A stretch of 64,000 bases of DNA, from NCBI RefSeq assembly GCF_963921235.1, contig NC_086109.1:26972001-27036000 (forward strand), in the 5' to 3' direction. This document shows, in pieces, positions 12,211 through 23,650 of this stretch. A model generated the notes under the pieces. That model worked only from the letters and a program-made list of their open reading frames with translations. It was not told the DNA's origin and did no database searches. The translations under genes were made by a program, and so were the position numbers. How positions within the stretch are numbered: the stretch's first letter is position 1; the number at the start of each line of letters is the position of its first letter. The stretch comes from Mobula hypostoma (lineage: Eukaryota).

Positions 12211-13800
12211 ACCGCAATCTCGTACATTCGATAGGATTTACCCAGGTTTCATGCTGTGGGGGTCGCCAACATAAAACTGGAGAATGATCAGATTATTTTA
12301 GATCACAAAAACAAACTGCTAGAAGAACTCACTGGGTCAGGCTGCATCTGTACTGGAAAAATATAGTGACATTTTTAGTCAAATCCTTCCATCAGGACTT
12401 GAAGTGCTTCTTAGTCAGATAGAATTTCTAACACCCTCTTAATCATTAGCTTCTCTCTCAGAGCACATTAACGAACTGCAGCATACCAGAGCCAATTTTA
12501 GTACCAAACAAAAGTGTGTAGGAAGACGCTTAGGCATTTAAATAACTGTAAAGTGTAGTTTGCAGATATATTATCTCTTATACGTTTACATAGTTACACA
12601 GAACATACAGCAGAAATTAAAAGGTCATTGAACTTGAACAATTTTTTTTACCACATAATGGAAACTGGCCTTTTGTCCTATACATATGCTTAGACTACAT
12701 ATGGGCCTCTTACAATCCATTTCATTCAACCTTACTAATAGAAACTTCTTAATGTGTTTACCTGATTATAATTAATGCAATTAATCCAGTCACAGTATAA
12801 GCAAATATATACTAAGCAGCATAGAGTACAAAATTTTATCCTGAATCTACTTTTGTTTTTATTAGAGGCTGTTCTACAGCTACATTCCCAAATTTGGTCA
12901 TCCCCACAAAAGGAAGCAACTTCTCTGCCTCTACCCCTTCTTAAAAGTCTCCAACCGATCAGCAAAACCTGGGAAAATTTGCAATAAGGTGTTTATTGCA
13001 AAATCCAAATAGTCACCACGTTGACCACGGACATGTTGACCCAGCCAACTGACTTTTCCTCCTGCAGGGAACTAGCGTTTGTTCCAGAATCCCGGTAATC
13101 TGCATGAGGGACTTGTTTAAATTAACAAATTCTGGGTTAGGTATTTTTTTTTCTGAAGAAGACCGAGTTTTACTAAGAAGCAAAAAGGCGCATATGCTGG
13201 AAATACAAAATAATAAATAAAACACTTCCTAGAAATAAACAGCCGTTGAGACAAATCCTTGGAGGGAAAATCAGGTTGATATCGTCACCTCAGCTGTATT
13301 GAGGTAATCTGATTAGCTATAAAATATCTGAGTTTTCTCTCTCAAACACACTCATATTAAGCATTTACTATATTAAACAAATTAAAATCAACGTTTTTTT
13401 TTCTTCTTGATGTAATGGACTGAAGAAGATAAATAATACTGTTAAACTATTCACCTTAAAGACAGGACTGTATTTAAGAAATGCTTGTGCGTTGGCACAT
13501 TTTCTTGTCTGGAAAAGATAACGATTTCTCGTCTCCTATCAATTAAACGTCTCTACATATTGTTTAGAGAATAAATAGATATTGTAAATATTTCCAGACA
13601 TTATTTCAATAGCATGTCCTGTTGTAAAGGGAGGACATTTGGAATCACTAAGATCCTGGGGGAGTTTGAAAGTTTGTGTCTACCCTGTCTGTTCAGACCT
13701 CTGGTGTACGGGTATACCGGCTGGCCGAGGCGTATTTGTGGTGACACTGAAAGGAGGGTGCTCTTTGTATTAAGTACTGAGCGGCGGAGTTAAAGTCAGC

Positions 13801-13856
13801 ATGTCGGGGATCTCTCTGGACTCATGGCAACCCCCAAATGTCACACTGGAAACGAC
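13801..13856 (+). CDS. PPIL1: Peptidyl-prolyl cis-trans isomerase-like 1, coding exon 1
   Basis: ATG..MSGISLDSWQPPNVTLET(T), matching the PPIL1 N-terminus (DSWQPPNV.LET); donor AC|GTAGGT; 56 nt, phase 2 compatible with the next exon. Confidence 0.93.
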
Positions 13857-15423
13857 GTAGGTGGGGGTACGGGTGGTTTGAGCAGTTCGCTTGGCTCGGA
13901 ACTCGCAATTGTTCTGGCAATCCTTAGTTATAACCGAGGAAAGGAGCAGCGTGTGCTCGCTTCCTCTTCCCCCAGCAGCCCCGCGCGGCTTCACACTGTA
14001 ATGTGATTGTAGATGAGCCACAATTTTAATTGACTGAAAAATAGTTTTTTTTTAAAGTTTCTGCCTTAGAACTGGACAGTCTTATTCCGGTACCAATTTT
14101 GTTTTAGATATTTCGTTTAGTAACGGGAACGATTTTGATATTCCTGTTTGTGCTTTCTTTTGTTTCTGATGAATCCAGCCCTGATGCCAGGGTTTCAACG
14201 AACAAGATCAGCAGTTGCTTTCCTCCACAGATGCTCGACCATCTGAGTTCCACCAGCAGGTTGTTACTCTAGATTCCAGCACCTGCAGTCTCTTGTGTCG
14301 CTAGTTTGTTTCTTTCTTGGTCCCATTACCACTCTTCTATCTACAAAACCAGAGACGCTGGAACGACTTAGCCGGTCAGCTTTCCTCAACTGAATTTAGG
14401 ACTAGTTTAATAACCTGACAAAATTCCTGCAGCTGAGGTTCTGAGGGAGCGTGGTTGATTTGAAATGTTAACCCGTTTCTTTTGCACAGATGCTGATTGA
14501 TGACTGGCTGAGCTCTCTCAGCATTTTTAATTTTGTTTCAGATTCCAGTGTCAGTACTGAAATTTGTTTACCATTCTTTTTCATATTTCCTTACAACACG
14601 GGGAGACTAATGGTAGCTCTCAAAGCATCCCTTGGCCACCCATGCACACAGAACTTATAGAACAGAACATGGAATAGCACAGCACAGGCCCTTTGGCCCA
14701 CAATGTTGTGTTAAACTAATTAAACCGGTCCTATTAATCCTGCTTCCCTGCATCTTAACCACATTCCTCCCCTCTTGAAATATCCATGTATCTATCTGTC
14801 TTTTAAACACTCCTGAGTTTGGAGTTCATCCAGGTCAGAGACCATACTGAGAGAGCTTTCTGCTGTTGATTCAATGTAAATTTACTGATGAGAATCAATA
14901 CAGCCATTTTGTGATAATGAGAAGGGCCAACACCATACAAGTGATACTGTAGATCTCGCCAGTGATACTCAGATGCTGTTTGACCCATACGTTTTAGCTC
15001 AAACAGAGATCTTTAATTCTGTGAATTATTTGTTTAAGACATACCATTAAGTTTGTGAATTTCTTATTACAGATGAATTGGCTGTGATTTTACATAATCC
15101 ATTCTATTTTTTGATATTTATGCAAAACCATTGTTTCTGCTTAAAATTATTTAGGACTAATTTAACTTCAGAATAAGAAAAAAACTGGAGGTGTTGGACA
15201 TTTGAAATAAAAATAAAGTGAGGGAACTACTCAACATTCTGAGGAGAGAGAAATCAAGTTAACATTTCAGGTTGATGACTCTTCATCAGATCAGGCAATG
15301 GCCTGAAACATTTACTCAATTCTCCTTGCACAGAATGTTGTCTAACCTGTCAAGTATCTCCAGGCACTGTCTGTCATTTTATCTCTTATTTCTAACTTGT
15401 TATACTTTTCAATTTTGAAACAG

Positions 15424-15578
15424 CATGGGAAACATTTCACTAGAGCTGTATTGGAAGCACGCACCAAAAACCTGCAGAAACTTTGCTGAGTTGGCTCGAA
15501 GGGGTTATTACAATGGTACCAAGTTCCACAGAGTGATAAGTGGCTTTGTGATCCAAGGAGGAGACCCAACGGGAACAG
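15424..15578 (+). CDS. PPIL1: PPIL1 coding exon 2
   Basis: ttttgaaacag| [51 protein letters not shown](G) |gtaaga; 155 nt. Confidence 0.96.
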
Positions 15579-16777
15579 GTAAGAGTGCAGAAATTTCATC
15601 ATCAGCAGAGCAAGAGTCATTCAGAATATAATTCATGACCTGCTGTGAAATAACAGAAATGAGCATTTTATATAATTCTAAAGCTTCAGAATATAATTTA
15701 GAAGCTTGTCGTGAAACAAATTTCATGGCACATGCCGGATACAATAAACCTAATTCTGAAAATGATTCTGATTCATTTTCATGCTAGCAACTCTTGTGGT
15801 TATATTTTACAATGATGTATTTTGTTGCCCATAAAGATTTTGCTGGAACTTGCTATTTTGAATAATTATTTTAATTGCTGCAGGCGAGTGATGAAACTAT
15901 ACAGTTCAGGAAAGGGCTCTTTGGCTCGCCTTGTCCTTATCAGCCTTTGTCACCATCTGCACTAACTCCTTTTGCCTATATATGTCTGTATACTTACACA
16001 CATTGCCTATTTAAATTTAAATGTCTGACCATCTCTTAAATGTATTGATAGATATAGCTCCTTAGTACCCTTCTTCCACCCCCGAGCACTGCCACTTTAA
16101 GCACTCCACACCTCATACCTTCACTGATACAGTCACTGTCCTGTGTTTTCATGGAAAAGTTCCTCTTGCTAAGAGTCACTTTCTCACTTTATCATTTCCT
16201 GTCAGTCACCTTATGTTAAGATACTCCTGCACCCAGCATCACTTTATGTACATAACCAGTCTATATTTATAAGCTAATCCTTTGTATATACAGCCACACT
16301 CAACAGTTACTTATACATTGTGTTTTCTGGATTACTGTTATATTTGTGTTTATTGTGTTTTTTTTATGCTGCATCAGATCCAGAGTAAAGGTCATTTTGT
16401 TCTCCTTACACTTGAGCACTGAAAAAATGACTAAACATTCCTGAATCTTGAGTCTACGTCACCATCTCTGGCAGCAAGTTCCAGATATCTGCATTTAAAA
16501 AGAAAAATCCCTTCAAAACTCCTTTCTTTTAAAACTCCTTTCTCCTTCATCTCAGCTTAAATCGCTGCCCACTTGTTTTTGATACCCTTACAATGAGAAA
16601 AAATTCATGGCTATCTACCCTACCTATGACATTTACAATTTTATAAACCTCCCTCAGCCTTCTTTGCTTCAGGAAAAACAAATGCAGCTAGTTTTGTCTC
16701 TAGTGTTGCAGTTCAGTAAACGCATAATATTCTGTTCCCTGAAAGTGGTTCAAGAAGCATCTCCTTTCTCCCCATTC

Positions 16778-16911
16778 ACAAATGAGAAAATCTGCAGATG
16801 CTGGAAATCCGAGCAACACACATAAAATGCTGGAGGAAATGTCGACTGTACTCTTTTCTGTAGATGCTGCCTGGCATGCTGAGTTCCTCCAGCATTTTGT
16901 GTGTGTTGCTT
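16778..16911. mobile_element. Mini PLE fold-back insertion, 14-bp TSD (1 mismatch)
   Basis: TSD ctttctccccattc 16764-16777 / ctttctctccattc 16912-16925; inverted arms gcaacacacataaaatgctggagga ... tcctccagcattttgtgtgtgttgc. Confidence 0.82.
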
Positions 16912-17084
16912 CTTTCTCTCCATTCCCTATTTAGCCGACAAGCTGTAAGTATAACTTGAGCCATTTTATCATGGTATTTTTTGAATCCAAAAATTTACAT
17001 TCACAGCCCTTGCTGAAAGGCTAAATTAATCAAATTTATTGCTGTTAAGCAATAAGTGAAGCAAAGATTTTTTTATTCATTTAG

Positions 17085-17716
17085 ACTGTCTAAGAAAGAT
17101 ATAAATCAGCTGCAGCTTTTTCAAAATGCAGCAAAAAGTATCTTAGCTAAAAAAAAAAGAAAATCTAAGCACATTTCATTGGTTTTGGCATCATTATACT
17201 AGCTGTCTGAGTCCTTTAGGATCAATTTTATAATATTCTTAATTTTTTATAAGGCTCTGAATAATATATCTCCTCTGTATGTTTTGGAGTGTCTATCCTC
17301 TTACATCCCTAATCATAATCTTAGATCTATGAATACTTGCTTGCTTAGTGTTCCTGGAGCCAAGCATATAAAAACTGATGATGCAGCCTTTTGCTGTAAT
17401 GCACCAAAAATCTGGAATACTCGACTGACAGAGATAATACAAGCTAGTACTGTGGAACATTTGAAAATATTTTTAAAAACCTACTATTTAATTTGGCCTA
17501 CTTATAGGATTACTTAATGCCTGTTGATGTTGATTGCATTTATGCAATTTGGTATATTCGATTACATTTATTCTATATAATGTTTGCCTTTACTTAAGAT
17601 TTTTAATTTTGTTTCATATTTTTATTATATTGATTTATCTTTACAGTCTATGTAAAGCACTTGGAGCCTGTATCTTAATGTATGAAAGGAGTTATATAAA
17701 TAAACATTATAATTAA
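17085..17716 (+). mobile_element. L2-clade LINE 3' end, degenerate
   Basis: Decayed LQL.QNAA..IL / HIS.VLASL.L...FRINF.I / ECLSSYIPNHNLRS..AF..NAPKIWN; ends tatataaataaacattat. Confidence 0.75.
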
Positions 17717-18061
17717 TCAAAATGAATACATTAAATTTGTCATTTTACTAGGAATAAAACTGTAGGTTGGTTTGCACCACTTTAGTGCACTACAGCATTG
17801 CTGCATGTAGTACTCGATGTTAAAAGATTTTCCTACTAAAATGACATTTAAAACTTATGGTAACAGTTTAGATTGTGCCACATTAAATCAAAACAAAAGA
17901 ATTTGAATTTCACTGTGCGAATATTATTGAACAAATGAGCTAATATACTTTACAAGCTCCAGGGATGTGTTTTATTTTGTGTTTAATTACTTCAGCGTTA
18001 GTTGTGAGCGAACTTGCTATGATATCTCCTGGCCTCATATCAAATACACATGAGGGAGAAA

Positions 18062-19920
18062 TATAACTGTATAACAATTACAGCACAGAAACAGGCCATC
18101 TCAGCCCTTCTAGTCCGTGCCGAATGCTTACTCTCACCTAGTCTCACCAACCTGCACTCATCCCATAACCCTCCATTCCTTTCCTGTCCATATAGCTATC
18201 CAATTTTACTTTAAATGACAATATCGAACCTGCCTCTACCATTTCTACTAGAAGCTCGTTCCACATAGCTACCACTCTCTGAGTAAAGAAGCTCCCCCTC
18301 GTGTTACCCCTAAACTTTTGCCCCCCAGCTCTCAACTCATGTCCTCTTGTTTGAATCTCCCCCATTCTCAATGGAAAAAGCCTATCCACGTCAACTCTGT
18401 CTATCCTCCTCATAATTTTAAATACCTCTGTCAAATCCCCACTCAACCTTCTACACTCCAAAGACTAAAGACTCAACTTGTTCAACCTTTCTCTGTAACT
18501 TAGGTGCTGAAACCCAGGTAACATTCTCGTAAATCTTTGTACTCTCTCTATTTTGTTGACATCTTTCCTATAATTCGGTGACCAGAACAGTACACAATAC
18601 TCCAAATTTGGCCTTACCAATGCCTTGTGCAATTTCAACATTACATCCCAACTCCTATACTCAATGCTCTGATTTATAAAGGCCAGCATACCAACAGCTT
18701 TCTTCACCACCCTATCCACATGAGATTTCACCTTCAGGGAACTATGCACCAATATTCCTAGATCCCTCTGTTCTACTGCATTCTTCAATGCCCTACCATT
18801 TACCATGTATGTCCTATTTTGATTAGTCCTACTAAAATGTAGCACCTCACACTTATCAGCATTAAACTCCATTTGCCATCTTTCAGCCCACTCTTCTAAC
18901 TGGCCTAAATCTCTCTGCAAGCTTTGAAAGCCTACTACATTATCCACAACGCCACCTATCTTAGTATCATCTGCATACTTACTAATCCAATTTACCACCC
19001 CATCATCCAGATCATTAATGTATATGACAAACAACATTGGACCCAGTACAGATTCCTGAGGCACACCACTAGTCACCGGCCTCCAACCTGACAAACAGTT
19101 ATCCACCACTACGCTCTGGCGTCTCCCAGCCAGCCACTGTTGAATCCATTTTACTATTTCAATATTAATACCTAACAATTGAACCTTCCTAACTAACCTG
19201 CCGTGTGGAACCTTGTCAAAGGCCTTACTGATGTCCATATAGACAACATCCACCGCTTTACCCTTGTCAACTTTTCTAGTAACCACTTCAAAAAATTCAG
19301 TAAGATTTGTCAAACATGATCTTCCATGCACAAATCCATGTTGACTGTTCCTAGTCAGACCCTGTCTATCCAGACAATTATATATATCATCCCTAAGAAT
19401 GCTTTCCATTAATTTACCCACCACTGACGTCAAACTTACAGGCCGATAATTTCTAGGTTTACTCTTAGAACCCTTTTTAAACAATGGAACAACATGAGCA
19501 ATATGCCAATCCTCCGGCACCATCCCCATTTCTAATGACATTTGGAATATTTCTGTCAGAGCCCCTGCTATTTCCACACTAACTTCCGTCAAGGTCCTAG
19601 GGAATATCCTGTCAGGACCCGGAGACTTATCCACTTTTATATTCCTTAAAAGCACCAATACTACTTCCTCTTCTTTAATCACCATAGTTTCCATAATTTC
19701 CCTACTTGTTTCCCTTACCTTACACAATTCAATATCCTTCTTCTTAGTGAATACCGAAGGAAAGAAATTGTTCAAAATCTCCCCCATCTCATTACTCCAC
19801 GCATAGCTGTCCACTCTGTTTCTCTAAGGGAGCAATTTTATCCCTCACTATCCTTTTGCTATTAGTATAACTGTAGAAACCCTTCGGATTTATTTTCACC
19901 TTACTTGCCAAAGCAACCTC
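18062..19920 (-). mobile_element. CR1 LINE, 5'-truncated, with 449-aa uninterrupted RT ORF (18465..19814), antisense in PPIL1 intron 2
   Basis: KSPGPD, NYRPVSLTSVVGKLME, QHGF..GRSCLTNL, D.SKAFDKV, SGVPQESVLGP, YADD, FNADKC. Confidence 0.95.
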
Positions 19921-20599
19921 GAACAAATATTTGTTCAAGCGTGTTAAATGGACAAATCCTTAATTAATGCTGCTGGTAGTGGACTAGCCACATTTTGTGT
20001 TTCAAACATGAATAGCTGATAAATAATGAGTATGATTGGCATACAAATCAATGCAAGTTTATGGAACAAGTGCTGCTTGTAATGTAATACATAATGCAGG
20101 TTTCAACTGCAACATATTGAAGGGGGCTGTTACACAACTTTGCACTGCAATTAAAGCCATCAGTAAAACATTTTGAGTTCTTGAAATATCTGTAAATTTT
20201 AAGCACTGTTTATAAACTTTTCCAGTTCTAAGTTCTATTAATGCATTCATCTGAGAAATATATTTCTATTAATTCCATATACTTTTTTCTATTTTGATAT
20301 TGCAAACTCATCGAAAACATATTATGAAGTGCTCCTATGACAGGATCATGGAATGAATCAAAACAGTGAAGGGCCAATTACTGCATTTTTGCCTCTGTGC
20401 TCTTTCAAATAGCCATCCAGTCCCACTGCTTACTCTTTCTCCATCCTTCTGCAAACGTTTCTCCTTCATTTACCCGATATATACAATTTAAAATGTGAAA
20501 GTTATATTATTATTAGTTTTTGATTTTATGTGGCAGCATTTTAAGGAACAGAATTGCATCTATCATAACTTAATACAAACTCATTGCTTGTGTACCCAG

Positions 20600-20668
20600 G
20601 TAGAGGAGGGTCATCTATATATGGAAAGCACTTTGAGGATGAGTTGCATAAAGATCTAAAATTCACAG
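20600..20668 (+). CDS. PPIL1: PPIL1 coding exon 3
   Basis: tgtacccag| (G)RGGSSIYGKHFEDELHKDLKFT(G) |gtaaat; 69 nt, phase 1 at both ends; too short for the ORF track. Confidence 0.95.
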
Positions 20669-21289
20669 GTAAATTATGTGTCTATTCTGAACTTTCAAAG
20701 GTAACCTTTGCTTATCAAATCTTGAGGGCTTAGGAGAAAATTGGTATGTTTTTGTCTAACTGTTGAAGAAGTATTCAGTGTAAATTTGACATTCATACGC
20801 GAAGTCATTGACAACATTGGTTCTGTTCCTCTCCATAGATTTTGCCTGATCAGCTAAGATTTAACCCAACAGTGCCAGTTTTGTTGGAAAAAAATAACAT
20901 TTCTATATATTACATATTTATGAATTGTTGGCTGTAAGCTTCAGATGGAAAAATATTGATGGTGGTTTTAGGATTTCTCTCTGTCATCTTAAATATCATG
21001 GATGCTTAGAAATTTGTTTACTTGTATTACATTTTCTCCAAAATCTATCTTTGAATTTAACGTTCTTTGTAAAAGCTGAAAAAATGTGGAATGAATATTT
21101 AGATGGGAGAATACGTATGCATCTTACTTGCAATAATTTCATTGTTTAGTAATTTATAATTATTTAACCTCTACTATGCTCCATGTACCAATTATTAATG
21201 GTTAATTGTGTGTGTATATAATTATCCCAGGATTATATCTATGTGATAATAACTAATGTATTATGACTTTATGTCTACAAATTGTTATG

Positions 21290-21645
21290 AGGTTAAGTCA
21301 TGAGGGCTATAGATAGGGAAAGTGCAAGCAGGCTTTTTCTACTAAGGTTGGGTGAGACTAGAACTAGAGGTCATGGGTTAAGGGTGAAAAGTGATTTATT
21401 AAATGGGAAGCTGAGGGGGAATGTCTTTACTCAGAGGGTGGTGCAGGAGGATCAAGCTGCCAGTGGAAGTGGTGAATGTGGGTTCAATTGCAATATACAA
21501 GAGAAATATTGGTAAGTACATGATGGAAGGCTTATGGATGGCTATGGTCCAGGCACAGGTCGATGAAACTCGGCAGAATAACAGTTTGGCACACACTAGA
21601 TGGTCCAATTGGTCCGTTTGTGTGCTGCAGTGCGTTATGTTTCTG
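21290..21645 (+). mobile_element. CR1 LINE 3' fragment
   Basis: MRAIDRESASRLF..GETRTRGHGLRVK.....RGNVFTQRVV; CR1 tail tgtgctgcagtgcgttatgtttct. Confidence 0.8.
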
Positions 21646-22317
21646 ACCCCGATTGGTATAACTATGCAGTTGTCCAATGACAGTTGCCATATCATTCAGT
21701 GGATGAATGAATATTACGAATTGTGAAAAGGTAATTGAAGTAAAGTCAGTTTAAGAAGCATTTGGATATATTATTTGAGCTTGTGGTGAAAAGAAAGAAA
21801 AAAATTATTATTGTTACCAACTAGAACAATGTTTAGTATATTTGACAGCAAACACATTGTTGGAATTTTCCCATAGTTTAACCTCAGGAACAAAATATCT
21901 GTGTGAAAATCACAAATTGGTGATGTTTTCCTGCAGGTTAAAAAAATTAAAATCTGCAGTTTTATAATGCTATGTTTTTAAAATGCTAAATATTAATGCC
22001 TTCTGGTTAGGTGACTTGCGGCTGCAGTTTCTACATTTAGTGTTGGACCTAAGTTTAATAAGTAATATAGTTAAGATAATGAGTGAAGGGTATTTGTTGT
22101 GATCATTGTGAATTTTATGTGCAATGATTAAACTTGGTCTATTTTTATTTCTGAGAGAACTGTGCTAAATTAATTTAACTTTCAAGTGGAGTAGCTGTTA
22201 TTTGCAAAGGCTAAAAATTAACAAGTAATGAAAGTCAAGTACTTTCAGTTAATAGGTATTATCTTGCATACGCATCGATTAAATCTCAACCTTGTGTGCA
22301 ATAACGTCAATCATCAT

Positions 22318-22535
22318 CTTTACACAGACGGTAGTGAGTACCTGGAGTGAGCTGCCAGAGGAAATGATTGAGGCAGGTACAATTGCATATGGACAGGTAC
22401 ATGGAGTGGAAGGGCTTGGAGGGTTATGGGCCAAAAACAGGCAAATGGATCGAGCATGGCCAATGCTGCGGTTGGAATGGGCCTCTGGGCCAAAGGGTCT
22501 GTTTTGGTGCTGTATTACTCTGTGACTCCATAACT
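22318..22535 (+). mobile_element. CR1 LINE 3' terminal fragment ending about 30 nt before the PPIL1 exon 4 acceptor
   Basis: [21 protein letters not shown]; tail gggccaaagggtctgttttggtgctgtattactctgtgactccata. Confidence 0.8.
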
Positions 22536-22563
22536 AATTTTACCATGCCTCCCTTTTTCAAAG

Positions 22564-22790
22564 GTGCAGGGATCCTCGCCATGGCGAATGCAGGTCCAGA
22601 TACAAATGGCAGCCAGTTCTTTTTAACCTTGGGACCTACACCACTGCTGGATGGCAAACACACAATCTTTGGTCGCATCTACCGTGGATTGTCAGTAGCT
22701 AAACGTATTGAATTCGTGGAGACAAATCGTGAAGACCGACCAGTGGATGATGTTATAATTCTGAAAGCTAGTGTAAGCGAGCTGAGTTAA
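22564..22790 (+). CDS. PPIL1: PPIL1 coding exon 4 (includes stop)
   Basis: ccctttttcaaag| (G)[74 protein letters not shown]; spliced CDS 56+155+69+227=507 nt, 168 aa, in frame. Confidence 0.96.
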
Positions 22791-22820
22791 GGCCATAACC
22801 CAGGAATTATGTTTTCTTGT

Positions 22821-22826
22821 AATAAA
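22821..22826 (+). terminator. Candidate polyadenylation signal of PPIL1
   Basis: AATAAA 30 nt after the stop, followed by a GT/T-rich stretch (catgtgtttttaa). Confidence 0.55.
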
Positions 22827-23349
22827 TTAGAGTTCATGGCCATGTGTTTTTAATGACCTTCCTGTATACAAATGTGGTACATTTGTATTTGTGGTATCAT
22901 TCAAAAGGCAGAGCAGCAGCGTACAGTCACTTTGTTTAACACCTTTGTCATCAGTAACATCTCCAATTTATTTAATATTAATATTTGAGCTGCATGTGTA
23001 TCTACAGCTCATTTGTTTAAAATGATTACAACTAATAGAAGTTTTATTATATCATTAGTATAATATGTTATGCATTTTAGTTATGTTTAAAAAAAGACAA
23101 AAATACAGGTGGGTCAGAGAATTCCACAGCAGCATTTTCTGTCTTACAATTGAAGTTGTTAAGAAAAGGATGTAGTCGATGAACTTAATTAATTTTTTGT
23201 AAGGATCAATGGAGAAAATATATTTTATAGGATCATTGTGGATTTTGTAAAAACACTTCTGACAAATCCCACATAGGGGTCTGATCAGAAAAATAAAAGC
23301 CCATGGGAATGACGGAATGAAGCCCATGTTCTTATATTTAAAACATTCA

Positions 23350-23650
23350 CAACAGGTCATTCAGCTCATCTGGTACTGTGGTCTCCGGGGCATCCCATTC
23401 CTTACCCTAAACCTCTGAAGCGTATTCCCTCACATCTATTTCCCATCTCATTTTGTTCCATGAGCCCAGATTAAGGGTTAATTTATAGTAACCAATTAAT
23501 CGACCAGCACATGTAGGAGGAAACCCACGTTTGGTCTTATGGATGTGGAGAGGACATGGAAACGTCACTGACAACGTCCGAGGTTGGAATGCAGCTAGGT
23601 TCCTGGAGCCGTGAGGCAGCAGGCTGATTGAAGATCCATGATGCCACCCA
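23350..23650 (-). mobile_element. tRNA-derived V-domain-type SINE, degenerate
   Basis: Plus strand reads gtaggaggaaacccac ... cctggagccgtgaggcagc..gccacc, the reverse of a SINE head and central domain. Confidence 0.55.

Noticed and set aside
15579..15631. Tail of ORF 15425..15631 ([16 protein letters not shown]) as part of the protein
   Set aside because: It is intron read-through past the G|GTAAGA donor; cyclophilin similarity resumes at 20600.
15700..15775. AATAAA in PPIL1 intron 2 as a functional early poly(A) site
   Set aside because: It is part of a Rex1-type LINE tail (caataaacctaattctga..ttctgattc); there is no evidence it is used.
18465..19814. 449-aa ORF as a host gene
   Set aside because: It is a CR1 reverse transcriptase, 5'-truncated and lacking the endonuclease domain, with a frameshifted C-terminus.
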